A stretch of 63,898 bases of DNA, filler included, from an uncultured Methanosarcinales archaeon (GTDB lineage: Archaea > Nanobdellota > Nanobdellia > Woesearchaeales > JAGLXL01): NCBI GenBank assembly GCA_964472345.1. It is 4 parts of 4 records of this genome, joined end to end, with 100 filler letters (N's around TTAATTAATTAA, not from the genome) between each part and the next. Parts side by side here need not be neighbours in the genome. Positions count along the whole stretch, not along the records: positions 1 to 18,832 come from CAYYLB010000017.1; 3 more parts are not named here. One strand, 5' to 3'. This document shows positions 1-10,040 of this stretch, one piece after another; position 1 is the first letter of the stretch; every line of letters begins with the position of its first letter. A model generated the notes under the pieces. The model was not told the DNA's origin. It saw only the letters and a list, made by a program, of their open reading frames with translations, and did not search any database. Position numbers and translations under genes: made by a program.

Positions 1-502
1 GTTTTACTAAATCGCTCTCGGCTAAATGCTCAACATGGCCTAATTGCGTAGTGCCGTATGTCGAAACAACTACTGCAATATCTTTACCATTTTCACTTAT
101 GGCTTTTGCAACCTGATCTTCGCGGACTTGATAGTTTTCAGATGGTTTAGCATCTAAAACAATAAGTTCAAGTTTTAATGCTTCACAAGCTCTCGCGATT
201 GAAACGTGCGACAAATTGCTACAAAGAACTTTATTTTTTCCAGTTAATTCTCTTGCCAGTTCTAATGCTCTATAATTTGCCAGACTCGCAGATGGCTCAA
301 GAAGACCTGCCATATCTTTACCTAACAATCTATTATGAAAATATAAGAAATAAGAAGCCAACTCCTGCGCTCCTTGGTTTGAACCGTCCGCTAAATTAAT
401 ATTATCCCAACTGGCGCCAGCTTTCCTTCCACTATCAGTACAAGAGCCTATTATCTGGGCAAAATCAAGAGGTTCTCTTCTAGCCCTAAATAATCTTAAC
501 AT
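1..502 (-). CDS. PLP-dependent group II decarboxylase (MfnA/GadB-like), runs off window edge
   Basis: Not in the ORF track. Manual translation from ATG 502 is open to base 1: MLRLFRARREPLDF...SASLANYRALELARELTGKNKVLCSNLSHVSIARACEALKL...IAVVVSTYGTTQLGHVE, matching group II decarboxylase motifs (AN..AL..AR, HxS, GTT..G). Confidence 0.7.
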   Translation of the reverse strand, partial: MLRLFRARREPLDFAQIIGSCTDSGRKAGASWDNINLADGSNQGAQELASYFLYFHNRLLGKDMAGLLEPSASLANYRALELARELTGKNKVLCSNLSHVSIARACEALKLELIVLDAKPSENYQVREDQVAKAISENGKDIAVVVSTYGTTQLGHVEHLAESDLVK

Positions 503-613
503 GTTGAACGGGGCGTTAATAGCCGTTTATAAATCTGTCTATCGGTTCACTACTTGGTAAAGATAACATTAAAACCGAAAGATTTTTATACATCTGGTAA
601 TATATACAACCAC

Positions 614-1228
614 ATGGTAGAAAAAACGACCAATATTAAATTGGGGATAATCCGCCTCTTCAGATCAGGCTATTTAGCACAATTTCATGTTAGAGAAATG
701 GCTACATTAGCTAAAAAAAGCCATGTAACCCTTTTGCCCCATCTTACCTCATTAGAAAAAGATAAAATTCTTATCCCAAAGACTGTTGGTAAAAACAAAC
801 AGTACTCACTGAATTTTGAAAATATCATCACCAAGAACTACTTAACTCTTTCAGAGACTGTTGAGACCACAGCATTTTTGGAGCAGGTATTCCTTATTAA
901 AAAAATCACCAAGGAAATTTTTGACTTAAACCTATCGGGAACAATCATCTTATTTGGTTCTTATGCAAAAAAAACGTTCCACGGAGACAGTGACATTGAT
1001 CTTTTTTATCTAGGCCAAACAGATGATAAAGAAATCCAGAATATTAAAAACATTGGCAAGACTTATGGAAAAACCATTAATGTCAAAGGATCAACATTAA
1101 AAAATTTTGAATTAGGACTCAGGAAAAAAGACCCTTTGATTATGGAAATCGTTAAAAACCATGTCATTCTGCAAAACCCCGAGCAATTTGTTCATGCTCT
1201 CTGGAGGTATTATGATGAAAGAAGATAA
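614..1228 (+). CDS. wHTH-fused minimal nucleotidyltransferase (MNT antitoxin)
   Basis: N-terminal wHTH plus ILFGSYAKK..HGDSDIDL; BRE/TATA-like ACCGAAAGATTTTTATA upstream of ATG 614. Confidence 0.85.
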   Translation: MVEKTTNIKLGIIRLFRSGYLAQFHVREMATLAKKSHVTLLPHLTSLEKDKILIPKTVGKNKQYSLNFENIITKNYLTLSETVETTAFLEQVFLIKKITKEIFDLNLSGTIILFGSYAKKTFHGDSDIDLFYLGQTDDKEIQNIKNIGKTYGKTINVKGSTLKNFELGLRKKDPLIMEIVKNHVILQNPEQFVHALWRYYDERR

Positions 1229-1724
1229 AGATCCAAAACGCCATGTCCTATGGTGTTTCAAACAAAAACGCGGTATCAAATTGGAGGAACCGAATAACAA
1301 CCTTTGCGCTGTTTACATTAAGAAAGCAAAAAGCAGTTTGAATATGCTTGAATCTGCTACTGAAAAAGATGAAATTGACTGGATTTCAACTACCGCTTAC
1401 TATGCCCATTATTTTGCTTTCTATGCACTACTCCAAAAATGTGGAATAAAGTCAGAGATATATGATTGCACTGTCTCACTTATGCACTTTCTCTTTGTTG
1501 ATGGAAAATTACTAGAACAAGAGCTTTACAACGAACTACAGCTGGCAAAAGGGTTACGTGTTGATACACACTATTATGCGACGGAAGGGATTGATTTGAA
1601 TAAACTGAAGAAAGACTCAGAGACAGTAAGAAGCTTCGTTCTCAAGATGGAAGAGGTTATTGAAAATCAGACAGGAGAACAAATTGAAGTTATGAGAGAA
1701 AAACTGAGTAACGCCCGCCATTAA
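1212..1724 (+). CDS. HEPN domain protein (toxin partner)
   Basis: TAYYAHYFA, GIKSE, RVDTHY; GGAGG before ATG 1212; overlaps the MNT gene. Confidence 0.8.
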   Translation: MMKEDKDPKRHVLWCFKQKRGIKLEEPNNNLCAVYIKKAKSSLNMLESATEKDEIDWISTTAYYAHYFAFYALLQKCGIKSEIYDCTVSLMHFLFVDGKLLEQELYNELQLAKGLRVDTHYYATEGIDLNKLKKDSETVRSFVLKMEEVIENQTGEQIEVMREKLSNARH

Positions 1725-1784
1725 TTCTTTAAGCGAGATGGCATTTCGTGCTTGCAGGAAACGTTGTGCGCGCTGGTGCTGTTG

Positions 1785-2429
1785 CTAACGCTTCTCGCGC
1801 AGTTTCAGGACGCTCTCGTACGTCTTCAGCACGTCGGCCTGCTTGACATAAATCAGGAATTCCGGCGGGCAGATGATCGTCTCCTCGATGTTGATATCCG
1901 CCAGGGAGATCTCGCTTGCGATCCGCGCCAGGACACCCTTGGTCTTGGTGACCTTCCCGCTGAGGGTGATGCTCAGCTCGCTCAGGCCGCGCTCGACATC
2001 TGTTATAGCCGTTTCCGGAAACTGCGCAGTGATGGAAGGCAGCTGCTCCTGATCGGCGATGAGCTTGGTCGCGGTGCTGCCGGTGATGATTCGGAAGGCG
2101 CCGTTCTGCGCGAGGCCGCGGAGCGTGCAGAGCGCAGGCAGCTTCTTTTCCGCCTCCTTGCCCAGGGTGACGCAGGCGATGTTGTTTCTCGTGGCGATGC
2201 TTGCGTCCGTGAAAAGGTTGGTGAGCTTCTCTTCCGTTTCCTTTGCTTTCGTGCCGCGCTCAAAGCGCCGGATGGCGGAGATGACGGAGTCGAGAGAGGC
2301 GCTGAGAGGGTAACGCTTCAGCAGGTAGCGCGCAAGCGCGCGGGTGTTGATCAGGCTGCGCGTGAGGTCTTTCTGGATGGCTGCATCGCTTTTGATGATG
2401 TTCCACACTTCACGGGTGATGCTTTCCAT
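1785..2429 (-). CDS. ACT-domain regulatory protein
   Basis: N-terminal INTRALARY helix, C-terminal ACT-like KGVLARIASEISLADINIEE. Confidence 0.75.
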   Translation of the reverse strand: MESITREVWNIIKSDAAIQKDLTRSLINTRALARYLLKRYPLSASLDSVISAIRRFERGTKAKETEEKLTNLFTDASIATRNNIACVTLGKEAEKKLPALCTLRGLAQNGAFRIITGSTATKLIADQEQLPSITAQFPETAITDVERGLSELSITLSGKVTKTKGVLARIASEISLADINIEETIICPPEFLIYVKQADVLKTYESVLKLREKR

Positions 2430-2565
2430 TGTTTGCGTTTTGAGCGCTTTTGCTTGAATGTGTCAATTTGCGCTTATTTGGATGATATATGTCACAATAT
2501 TTATAAACTTTGCGGCATATGTTCCTTGAGCGTTTTATAGGAAGTATATGCTGAAGTGACGGAGA

Positions 2566-3582
2566 ATGGCAAGCAGTGGAGCGGTAGCGGAGAGGGAAGG
2601 GCCAGCGTTGGCATTATCAGACTCGGTACTTGGTGAAAATCCCGCTTCTCTCCGTGAAGATGGAAGTTCTCTCATTTTTTCGTCTGATATTGAGAGGCTG
2701 GTGAAGTTAGGTCTTTCTGTTCGAGAAGCGGTCGCTGAGGGAAACGACCTCTCGCGAGCCTTCACCGGATCGGGTTTAAAACTAGAGAGAAGTTACCGAG
2801 AGGGGAATGCAATTTCATACCTCCTAAGGGGCCTGACAGATGGTGAATATAAACTCCTCGTAAGGGAAGTAGGACTGCCGAATGGGAGGCGTGACGCAGA
2901 TGTTCAAATCATCTTCGACATAGGTTATACCATCCGGTCTTCTCATGGTCGCAACAGTGAAGACTGCGATTGCCGCGGTAAGCAGGGTGACCCAATAACG
3001 CGCACGTGGCAGGGGATTGCGGATGTCATAACTCACCTGGTTCACCACGAAATCCCGTTCGCAGAAGCCGTTCCTTATCTCATGGCGTTGAGCGAAAGGG
3101 AAGGGTTGCAGCGGTGGGCTCCTCTCGAAGGCCATTTCACCAAGTCAGAAGCAACATTTGAGTATCAACCTGAGCGTAGGCAAGAGGGACCAAGCTTCTT
3201 TATAGGGTACTATGGTGCCTCTTTTGCCGAAATTGTTGCGAACCCGGAGTTTCATACATCTGATCGTGGGGCGCAGGGCGGGATTACCTCACCTATGCAG
3301 GAAACGCTTCAGGCATTGCGCCCCAGTGCCGCCGTTGATGTTGCCCTCAGCACGGTTTCAACGTTCCTTACCATAACGACATTCAAGGCTAATTACTCTC
3401 AGGAGTCTGTGGAACTTGAGATTGCACTGCAGATTCCTTTTAAAGATGAAGCAACAGCACAGATTTACCGAAGAAATCCTGGCGGCAGCCTAGCGACAGA
3501 TGGCAGTGGCTATCGGAATGGCAACGGACATCACGTTTCCCTGCCAACCAATGGTGCGGCTCATCATGCGGCGGTTCTATGA
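2566..3582 (+). CDS. hypothetical protein
   Basis: 338-aa ORF with TATA upstream and lower GC than core genes; no family recognised. Confidence 0.6.
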   Translation: MASSGAVAEREGPALALSDSVLGENPASLREDGSSLIFSSDIERLVKLGLSVREAVAEGNDLSRAFTGSGLKLERSYREGNAISYLLRGLTDGEYKLLVREVGLPNGRRDADVQIIFDIGYTIRSSHGRNSEDCDCRGKQGDPITRTWQGIADVITHLVHHEIPFAEAVPYLMALSEREGLQRWAPLEGHFTKSEATFEYQPERRQEGPSFFIGYYGASFAEIVANPEFHTSDRGAQGGITSPMQETLQALRPSAAVDVALSTVSTFLTITTFKANYSQESVELEIALQIPFKDEATAQIYRRNPGGSLATDGSGYRNGNGHHVSLPTNGAAHHAAVL

Positions 3583-4100
3583 CCAACCGCCTGGTTCCGC
3601 CTTCGGGTATCCCCAGTCACTTGATTAATGATGATATAACCAAATTTCTTCTCGATTATCCAACGCTTGAGGGTTATTGTGGCACGTTCACTCTTGCCTT
3701 TTCCGGACAATTAGTACAAGGAGGAGTTTCTGTATCCAGCTTTTATGTTTCCCGCAAATCACCCGTTGCACGTCAGAATGATAACTTTGGTGACGATGCT
3801 CGTGCGCTCGCTGCTGAGCTGTGCCGAAGAAGCTCTGCAAACGTCGCTGTTCTGGCTGCCCCAGATTCAAGGCACTACATCCTCTACGAATTGGTGGACG
3901 GCGCTTCTGATCTGTCAAACGAAAGAGATGTCCTCTGGGCGGCCTGTTTTGATGGGAATACACTTGAATACCAAACCACTGTTCCATGGGGATTAAGTGT
4001 TGGTAGGATCTCCTGGTTATTAGAGAGCATTCGTCGCCGGACAGAGCCCCCCAGCGATGAGCATCCAATCCCGAAGTATGCCCCCTCAATTGATGGATAA
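3579..4100 (+). CDS. hypothetical protein
   Basis: 173-aa ORF with ATGA overlap to the previous gene. Confidence 0.6.
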   Translation: MTNRLVPPSGIPSHLINDDITKFLLDYPTLEGYCGTFTLAFSGQLVQGGVSVSSFYVSRKSPVARQNDNFGDDARALAAELCRRSSANVAVLAAPDSRHYILYELVDGASDLSNERDVLWAACFDGNTLEYQTTVPWGLSVGRISWLLESIRRRTEPPSDEHPIPKYAPSIDG

Positions 4101-4107
4101 CTCTTCG

Positions 4108-5076
4108 TCACTCCGTTCCTGCGTTTTTTCTTAGCCTTGCCACAAAAAAACCTTCCGTCCCGTTGTCCTGCGGCCAGATGCGGAGGCAGTCCCTGATCGC
4201 ATCAGCGTAGCGCTCCCCTTCAAACGCAAGGACGGGCGCTGAGCGCTTCAGGCCGGGCAGCTCCGCCCCCGTGATCGCTTCAATCACCGCATCACTATTC
4301 CGCTTCAGCAGGAAATCAACCACCGCCTCGTCCTCTTCCGGCTCCATCGTGCAGGTGCTGTAGACCAGCACGCCGCCGGGCTTGAGCAGCTTCCACGCGC
4401 TCTCGAGCAGGCGCTGCTGCTGCTTTTGCAGGCGCCTCACCATCAGCGGGTTCCAGATGTCGATGGTCTTGAGCGACTTGCAGATGGTTCCCGTTCCGCT
4501 GCACGGCGCGTCGAGCAGGATGCGGTCGAACTGCAGGCCCCTGATGCCCTCGCCGCGCATCTCTGTTATGATGACATTGATTGCGCCGATGCGCTGCACG
4601 TTCATGCCCAATGCGGCAAGCCGGTCCGCCTTGTAGTCGTTGGCGACGATGATGCCAGTGTTCTGCATCATGGCTGCGAGCTGCGTCGTCTTGCTCCCGG
4701 GGGAAGCGGCCATGTCCAGCACTGCCTCGTGCGGCTGCGGATCCAGGACAAGAGGGGGGATCATGCTCGCGGCTTCCTGCACGTAGATGTAGCCGAGGTG
4801 GTGCTCGAGCAGGTTGCCCACGTCCCTGCGCTCTGCATGCTCAATCCAGAATCCCTCGCGGCACCAGGGGATGGGCGTCAGCTTCCAGCCTTTCGCCCCG
4901 AGGCGCTTCACGCAGTCCTCTATGGAAATCTTCAATGTGTTGACGCGGACGGCCTTGCGAAGGAAGGAGAGTGAATACTTCCTGAACTGCTCCCAGTCGG
5001 TCAAGTGACTATAGCGCTCGATGAATGGCTCTTTGAACTTTATTTTTTCCGCTTCGGGGATGGGAGTTGGATCCAT
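4108..5076 (-). CDS. RsmB/NOP2-family RNA m5C methyltransferase
   Basis: YVQEAASM, VLDMAASPGSKT, ILLDAPCSGTG, LVYSTCT, EGFFVA. Confidence 0.95.
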   Translation of the reverse strand: MDPTPIPEAEKIKFKEPFIERYSHLTDWEQFRKYSLSFLRKAVRVNTLKISIEDCVKRLGAKGWKLTPIPWCREGFWIEHAERRDVGNLLEHHLGYIYVQEAASMIPPLVLDPQPHEAVLDMAASPGSKTTQLAAMMQNTGIIVANDYKADRLAALGMNVQRIGAINVIITEMRGEGIRGLQFDRILLDAPCSGTGTICKSLKTIDIWNPLMVRRLQKQQQRLLESAWKLLKPGGVLVYSTCTMEPEEDEAVVDFLLKRNSDAVIEAITGAELPGLKRSAPVLAFEGERYADAIRDCLRIWPQDNGTEGFFVARLRKNAGTE

Positions 5077-5216
5077 TCCTTGTTAAGAGTGTGGGATGTT
5101 TAAATGTGTTTCTTAAATGACTTGAACTTCTCCATTTATGGCATCCACTTCTCCTGGGCCTCAGCAACCCCAACATTTTTATAGGTGGATATCCTTCCCG
5201 CAGGAGAGGTGAGCTT

Positions 5217-5567
5217 ATGGCAAGCGTGCAAAAAACGTATGCGTTGGTGTTAGGCCTCGTTCTTGCGGTTGTCGGCATCTGGGGCTTTTTTACCGGTAAG
5301 ATTCTCGGCATCTTCGGCGTGAACGCAGCCCAGAGCGTGCTCCACCTGATTGCAGCAGGATTCGGCATCTATGTCGGCACGAAAGGCGAAGGATCCGGCT
5401 ACAACATGAGCATCGGGTGGATCGGAGTCGTGCTCGCGGTGCTGGGGTTCATCCCGGGCGTGAGCGGCCTGCTGCTGAGCCTGCTGAACATCAACACCGC
5501 AATCACGGTGCTGCACCTCGCGATCGGCGTGGTGTCGCTGGGCGTCGCCTATGGAGTGAAAGAGTAA
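5217..5567 (+). CDS. small multi-TM membrane protein (DUF4383-like)
   Basis: Four hydrophobic helices, repeated N...vLHL motif, GAGGTGA RBS. Confidence 0.75.
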   Translation: MASVQKTYALVLGLVLAVVGIWGFFTGKILGIFGVNAAQSVLHLIAAGFGIYVGTKGEGSGYNMSIGWIGVVLAVLGFIPGVSGLLLSLLNINTAITVLHLAIGVVSLGVAYGVKE

Positions 5568-5593
5568 TTCTTTTTTTTCTTTCTTAATCCGCC

Positions 5594-5815
5594 ATGAAAA
5601 AGCTGCACCTGCTTGGCGTCGGCGTGCTTTTTGCCGGCTTGCTTATTCTCAATCTCCTCCATCTCGCCCATTACCACCAGGGTACCGGATGGGAGATCCA
5701 CAACGAAGGGGCCGGCGCTTACGCGTCAATTGCCGCTGGTTTTGTTATCACTATTATTGGGATTGTGATCATGGTGCGGGCGAACAGACATGCCGGGCAG
5801 CGGAAGATTCCTTGA
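5594..5815 (+). CDS. small membrane protein
   Basis: Two hydrophobic segments in 73 aa. Confidence 0.55.
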   Translation: MKKLHLLGVGVLFAGLLILNLLHLAHYHQGTGWEIHNEGAGAYASIAAGFVITIIGIVIMVRANRHAGQRKIP

Positions 5816-5850
5816 GAAAGATTTAAAATCCAGCCCGCGAACGAGCATCC

Positions 5851-6297
5851 ATGCATGCCGATACGCATCTTCGCTATGTCTCTGTCGCCGCCCTTATCGT
5901 TTCTCCTGACAGAAAAAAGCTTTTGATATGCAAACGCAGCGATAGCGACAGCTATGAACCATGCAGTGTCGTGTTTCCCAGCGGCAGGGTGGAAGGGAAA
6001 GAGCTTTTGAAGGAGCGGCTGCTTGCAGAGATACGAGAGGAAGTGGGTGTTCAGATTGATGAGGAAAGCACGGTGTATATTGGCGAGTGTGTCTTTTTGC
6101 GTGATGGGCTGCCCGTCAATCAGGTATGTTTTGGGGTGCGTGCGACGAATACTGCTATCCGCCCAGATTCAAAAGAGCTGAAAAGCATCCGCTGGGTGAT
6201 GCCTGTGGAATTCCGCCGTGAGTTCGGACCTACAGGGTATGTTGCAGGACTGTTCGGGTTTGTCCGACGAGCAGAAGAGATGGGGCTTCTTGTTTAG
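5851..6297 (+). CDS. NUDIX hydrolase
   Basis: Nudix box variant FPSGRVEGKE..ERLLAEIREEVG. Confidence 0.8.
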   Translation: MHADTHLRYVSVAALIVSPDRKKLLICKRSDSDSYEPCSVVFPSGRVEGKELLKERLLAEIREEVGVQIDEESTVYIGECVFLRDGLPVNQVCFGVRATNTAIRPDSKELKSIRWVMPVEFRREFGPTGYVAGLFGFVRRAEEMGLLV

Positions 6298-6438
6298 GTG
6301 AAAGTCCTTGCATGAGATATATACAATAAGAGTTTGAAAAGTTTCCGAAAGACCGGAGAATAACACCGCGTCGCCTGGGCTCGTTTATCACTATTAACCA
6401 AAAAGCTTAAATAGTGGTTATTGGTTATTTATGTTAAC

Positions 6439-6777
6439 ATGGCAGAAATGGATATAATAAAGAGAAATTTTGAAGAATACAAAGAGATAGGAGACTACTC
6501 TCTTAAGAAAGGAAAGTTTAATGCTGCAGTCACACTCTACTACAAAGCGCTTGTTGAGCTGTGCGATCTTGAACTGCTTAGGAAACTGAATAGGATCGGA
6601 GCAAACCATTCTGAGCGCTTCCATCTGCTTGAGCAGGCTTCACCAGAACTCTATGCAATCGCGTCAAAGCTTTTCCGCTTTTACAGGGATTCCTATAACA
6701 AAGAGATGAGTGAAACCATTGCACAGCTTGTCGGGAAGGAGGTCGGGCATGCAGAACAGCTTATCCTCAAAGATTGA
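6439..6777 (+). CDS. HEPN-like toxin
   Basis: AAVTLYYKAL, NHSERF, YRDSY; directly upstream of an MNT gene. Confidence 0.7.
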   Translation: MAEMDIIKRNFEEYKEIGDYSLKKGKFNAAVTLYYKALVELCDLELLRKLNRIGANHSERFHLLEQASPELYAIASKLFRFYRDSYNKEMSETIAQLVGKEVGHAEQLILKD

Positions 6778-7297
6778 GAATTGGATAAAGAAAGAAAAAG
6801 TGCTTGATGTTGTTACATTCGGCTCGTCGGTGCGCGGCAAGCATAAGCCCGGTGACCTTGATGTGTGCATAGTAATCAATGACAAAGATGCACAAAAGAG
6901 CCTTGATCTGGTTGAGTCGCTTGGCAACATGCTTGGAGAAAAAGCTCATGTATCAGTTATTACCGCAAGCGAATTTTTAAACGGCAATACCCTTGCAAAG
7001 ACGCTTCTTAGTGAAGGAGTAAGCAGCAGAACAGGAAAACATTTTGCGCAGATATTTGGTTTCGTGAGTACGAGCCTGTTCGTTTATAGCTTGAAAAATT
7101 TTTCCGCATCAAAAAGGGTAAGATTCCATTACCTTTTGCAGGGCAGGCGCGGGACTTCAGGCATATTAAAACAGGTCCGGGGGAGCTTCCTGGGAAAGGG
7201 GGTTATTGCCGTCCCGACTGAGTATGAGGATGCTCTAAAACCCATATTTGATACATGGGGATTAGATTATAAAATAAAGCGGGCTCTTGTTGGTTAA
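6749..7297 (+). CDS. MNT nucleotidyltransferase with C-terminal Cas2/PaaX-like ferredoxin-fold domain
   Basis: FGSSVRGK..PGDLDVC; C-terminal FVYSL..KRVRFHYLLQG..LGKGVIAVP; GGAGG RBS. Confidence 0.75.
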   Translation: MQNSLSSKIENWIKKEKVLDVVTFGSSVRGKHKPGDLDVCIVINDKDAQKSLDLVESLGNMLGEKAHVSVITASEFLNGNTLAKTLLSEGVSSRTGKHFAQIFGFVSTSLFVYSLKNFSASKRVRFHYLLQGRRGTSGILKQVRGSFLGKGVIAVPTEYEDALKPIFDTWGLDYKIKRALVG

Positions 7298-7395
7298 TAG
7301 AGTTAACAAAAAATGTTTTTCTCAAGCTTTTGGTTAACAATATTAACTGATGGCGCGTACAAAACTTTAAAATAAAGCATAAAAATCGGGTGCTT

Positions 7396-8385
7396 ATGCA
7401 TAAGCTAATCCTTGGCATTGAAACAACCGCGCACACGTTCGGCATCGGCATTGTCGACTGCAGAGGGAAAGTCCTTGCCAATGAGCGGGAGAGCTTCACC
7501 ACCAGCCATGAGGGCATGATCCCCTGGAAGGTCGCAGAGCATCATTTCGACAGGTGGAAACCGGTGCTCGATGCCGCTCTCGCGCGGGCGCAGGTGACGC
7601 TCCGCGACGTCGGCCTTGTCGCGTTTTCGCAAGGGCCCGGGATGGGACACTGCCTGAGGGCGGGGAGCTTCCTTGCGCGGTGCATCGCGCTGAAGCATGG
7701 AACGCCGATCCTCGGAGTCAACCACTGCATCGCGCACCTGAGCATTGGAGAGCTGCGGACGAAAGCGCGCGAGCCGGTTCTGCTGTACGCGAGCGGGGCG
7801 AATACGCAGGTGATTGCGCTTGAAGGCGGCAGGTACCGGGTGTTTGGCGAGACGCTTGACATGGGGGTGGGAAATTTTCTCGACAGCGTGGCACGGGAGC
7901 TTGGCCTGGGGTTCCCGGGCGGACCCAAGCTGGAGAAATTAGCGCGTGGGGGGAAGAAACTGATCGAGCTGCCCTACACCGTGAAGGGGATGGACGTGAG
8001 CTTCGGCGGGCTGTTTACGAATATACGAAAAAAGATACGGGCAGGAACGGACGCGAAAGAAGACATGGCCTATTCGCTTCAGGAAACGGTCTTCGCCATG
8101 CTCGTCGAAGTCGCTGAGCGGGCGATGGCGCACACCGGCAAAGATGAGTTGCTGCTTGGCGGGGGGGTCGCGTGCAATGCGCGGCTGCAGGAGATGTGCA
8201 GGATCATGTGCAAGGAACGCGGCGCAGCATTCTTCGTGCCGGAGAAAGAGTTCCTTATGGATAATGGGGCAATGATCGCCTGGCAGGGCTTGCTTGAGCA
8301 CCGAGGAGGCAGAAAACAGCGGATAGGTGACACGGGCATCCTGCCGCACTGGAGAACGGACCAGGTCGCAGCCGCATGGCGCTAG
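7396..8385 (+). CDS. kae1: KEOPS tRNA threonylcarbamoyltransferase Kae1
   Basis: LGIETTAHT, SQGPGMG, VNHCIAH, GETLD, GGVACN, DNGAMIA. Confidence 0.97.
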   Translation: MHKLILGIETTAHTFGIGIVDCRGKVLANERESFTTSHEGMIPWKVAEHHFDRWKPVLDAALARAQVTLRDVGLVAFSQGPGMGHCLRAGSFLARCIALKHGTPILGVNHCIAHLSIGELRTKAREPVLLYASGANTQVIALEGGRYRVFGETLDMGVGNFLDSVARELGLGFPGGPKLEKLARGGKKLIELPYTVKGMDVSFGGLFTNIRKKIRAGTDAKEDMAYSLQETVFAMLVEVAERAMAHTGKDELLLGGGVACNARLQEMCRIMCKERGAAFFVPEKEFLMDNGAMIAWQGLLEHRGGRKQRIGDTGILPHWRTDQVAAAWR

Positions 8386-8618
8386 CGGCGCTTTTTCCTT
8401 TGTGGTGCTTTTCGCCCCATTCCTGATGCGGAATCCGATGCGCGGGGCGCGTGCGCGGATGGCGCGGGGTGCAAGTACTTCTGCTCGTCCCTCGGCGTGA
8501 GCGGCTCATAAATCAGTCCGCAGGACTTGCACACGACCTGCTGGAGGCGGCTGTTGTGGACGATGTCCAGCGAGGCGCAGTCAGGGCACTCGCCTATCTC
8601 AACAATATCCTTGACCAT
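8382..8618 (-). CDS. small TFIIB-type zinc-ribbon protein
   Basis: CPDC..VVCKSCG with a basic tail. Confidence 0.7.
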   Translation of the reverse strand: MVKDIVEIGECPDCASLDIVHNSRLQQVVCKSCGLIYEPLTPRDEQKYLHPAPSAHAPRASDSASGMGRKAPQRKKRR

Positions 8619-8678
8619 GAGGTAGGGAATGGTTTCCGCTTATAAAAACATTTCGCTTGAAGATCCTCTACAGCATAT

Positions 8679-10040
8679 TCAAGCCCCATTGAGCTTCTTC
8701 AGGATGTGCATGCGTCCCTTCCAGACCAGCGCTTCGCGCAGCACCTCCTCGATGCGCATCACAGGTATGATCTGCAGGCGCTTAAGCTTCGCAGGGTCGA
8801 TGATGATGTCGCGGAGATTCGAATGGGGGACAATGACACGCTTGAGCCCCGCGTCGATGGCCGCCTCGACCTTGCTCGTGACGCCGCCAACGGGAAGCAC
8901 ATCCCCCCTGACGCTCAAGGAACCGGTCATGGCAGTGTCCTGCCGCACGGGGATATGCTGAAATGCAGAGATGATGGCAGCGGCGACCGCGATGCTTGCG
9001 GAATCGCCTTCAACGCCTTCGTAGGTCTGGAGGAACTGGACGAAAATATCGTAGCGCTCCTTGATGTCCTCGCCGAAGTGCTTCATGATGATGGCGCGGA
9101 CGTTCTGGACGGCTTCTTTTGCGATATCCCCCAGCTTGCCCGTGGCGATGATCTGCGTCCCTTTGCCGCCGGGGGTGATCTCGCTCTCGATGGGAAGCAG
9201 GATGCCGCTGAACGCAGCGCCGGAGCCTATCACCGCCAGCCCGTTCACGCGGCCGATGCTGCTGCCTTCGGTGATGATGACCTCATATTCCTTCTTGCGC
9301 TCGATGTACTGGTCGGCGATCTGCTGCTCAAGCGGCCGCGCCAGTTTTTTTGCGCGCTCGAGATGGACTTTTGCAACAAGCTTTGCATTGTCTTCCTTTG
9401 CCAGGTCGCCTGCCGCACGGATGAAGCCGCCGAGGCCGCGCAGGTGAAGGGTCAGATGGCCTTTGCGGTTGGCGCGGCGGCGCGCCTCTTCTATCATCGC
9501 TTCGATAGAGTCACGGCTGAAATGGGGTATCGTGCCGTCTTTCCTGACCTCCTGCGCGATGAAACGCGCGATCTTGAGGCGGTTTTCCCTGCTATCGGGC
9601 ATGGTGTCGTTCATGAAGACCTCATAGCCATAGCCGCGGATGCGCGAGCGCAAGGCGGGATGCATGTGCTTGATGGTTTCGACATTGCCTGCCGCGACCA
9701 GGACGAAGTTGCAGGGAACGGGGTCGGTCCTGACCATCGCGCCGGCGGAGCGCTCGCTCTGGCCGGTTATGGGGAACTGCTTTTCCTGCAGTGCACTGAG
9801 CAGCTCCTGCTGGGTGCGCGGGTTGAGGGCTGCGATCTCATCGAGGAACAGGACGCCGTTGTGCGCCTTGTGGATCATGCCTGCGACCACCCGCTGGTTT
9901 GCCGGCGTGCCTAATCCACCAGAGTTTTTACAGAGGATGCCATTGACGAGCACGTTGCCCGAGCTTGTTGTGACGTTATAAAGCTTGCCCCTATAGCGGA
10001 CTCTTTCTGCTTTGGTTATAGTTTGTGTTTTAAGTTTCAT
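8679..10040 (-). CDS. lonB: LonB protease C-terminal part preceded by 39-aa intein C-fragment
   Basis: [26 protein letters not shown], Walker B VLFLDEI, catalytic GDSAS Ser and GGVTSK Lys. Confidence 0.95.
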   Translation of the reverse strand: MKLKTQTITKAERVRYRGKLYNVTTSSGNVLVNGILCKNSGGLGTPANQRVVAGMIHKAHNGVLFLDEIAALNPRTQQELLSALQEKQFPITGQSERSAGAMVRTDPVPCNFVLVAAGNVETIKHMHPALRSRIRGYGYEVFMNDTMPDSRENRLKIARFIAQEVRKDGTIPHFSRDSIEAMIEEARRRANRKGHLTLHLRGLGGFIRAAGDLAKEDNAKLVAKVHLERAKKLARPLEQQIADQYIERKKEYEVIITEGSSIGRVNGLAVIGSGAAFSGILLPIESEITPGGKGTQIIATGKLGDIAKEAVQNVRAIIMKHFGEDIKERYDIFVQFLQTYEGVEGDSASIAVAAAIISAFQHIPVRQDTAMTGSLSVRGDVLPVGGVTSKVEAAIDAGLKRVIVPHSNLRDIIIDPAKLKRLQIIPVMRIEEVLREALVWKGRMHILKKLNGA

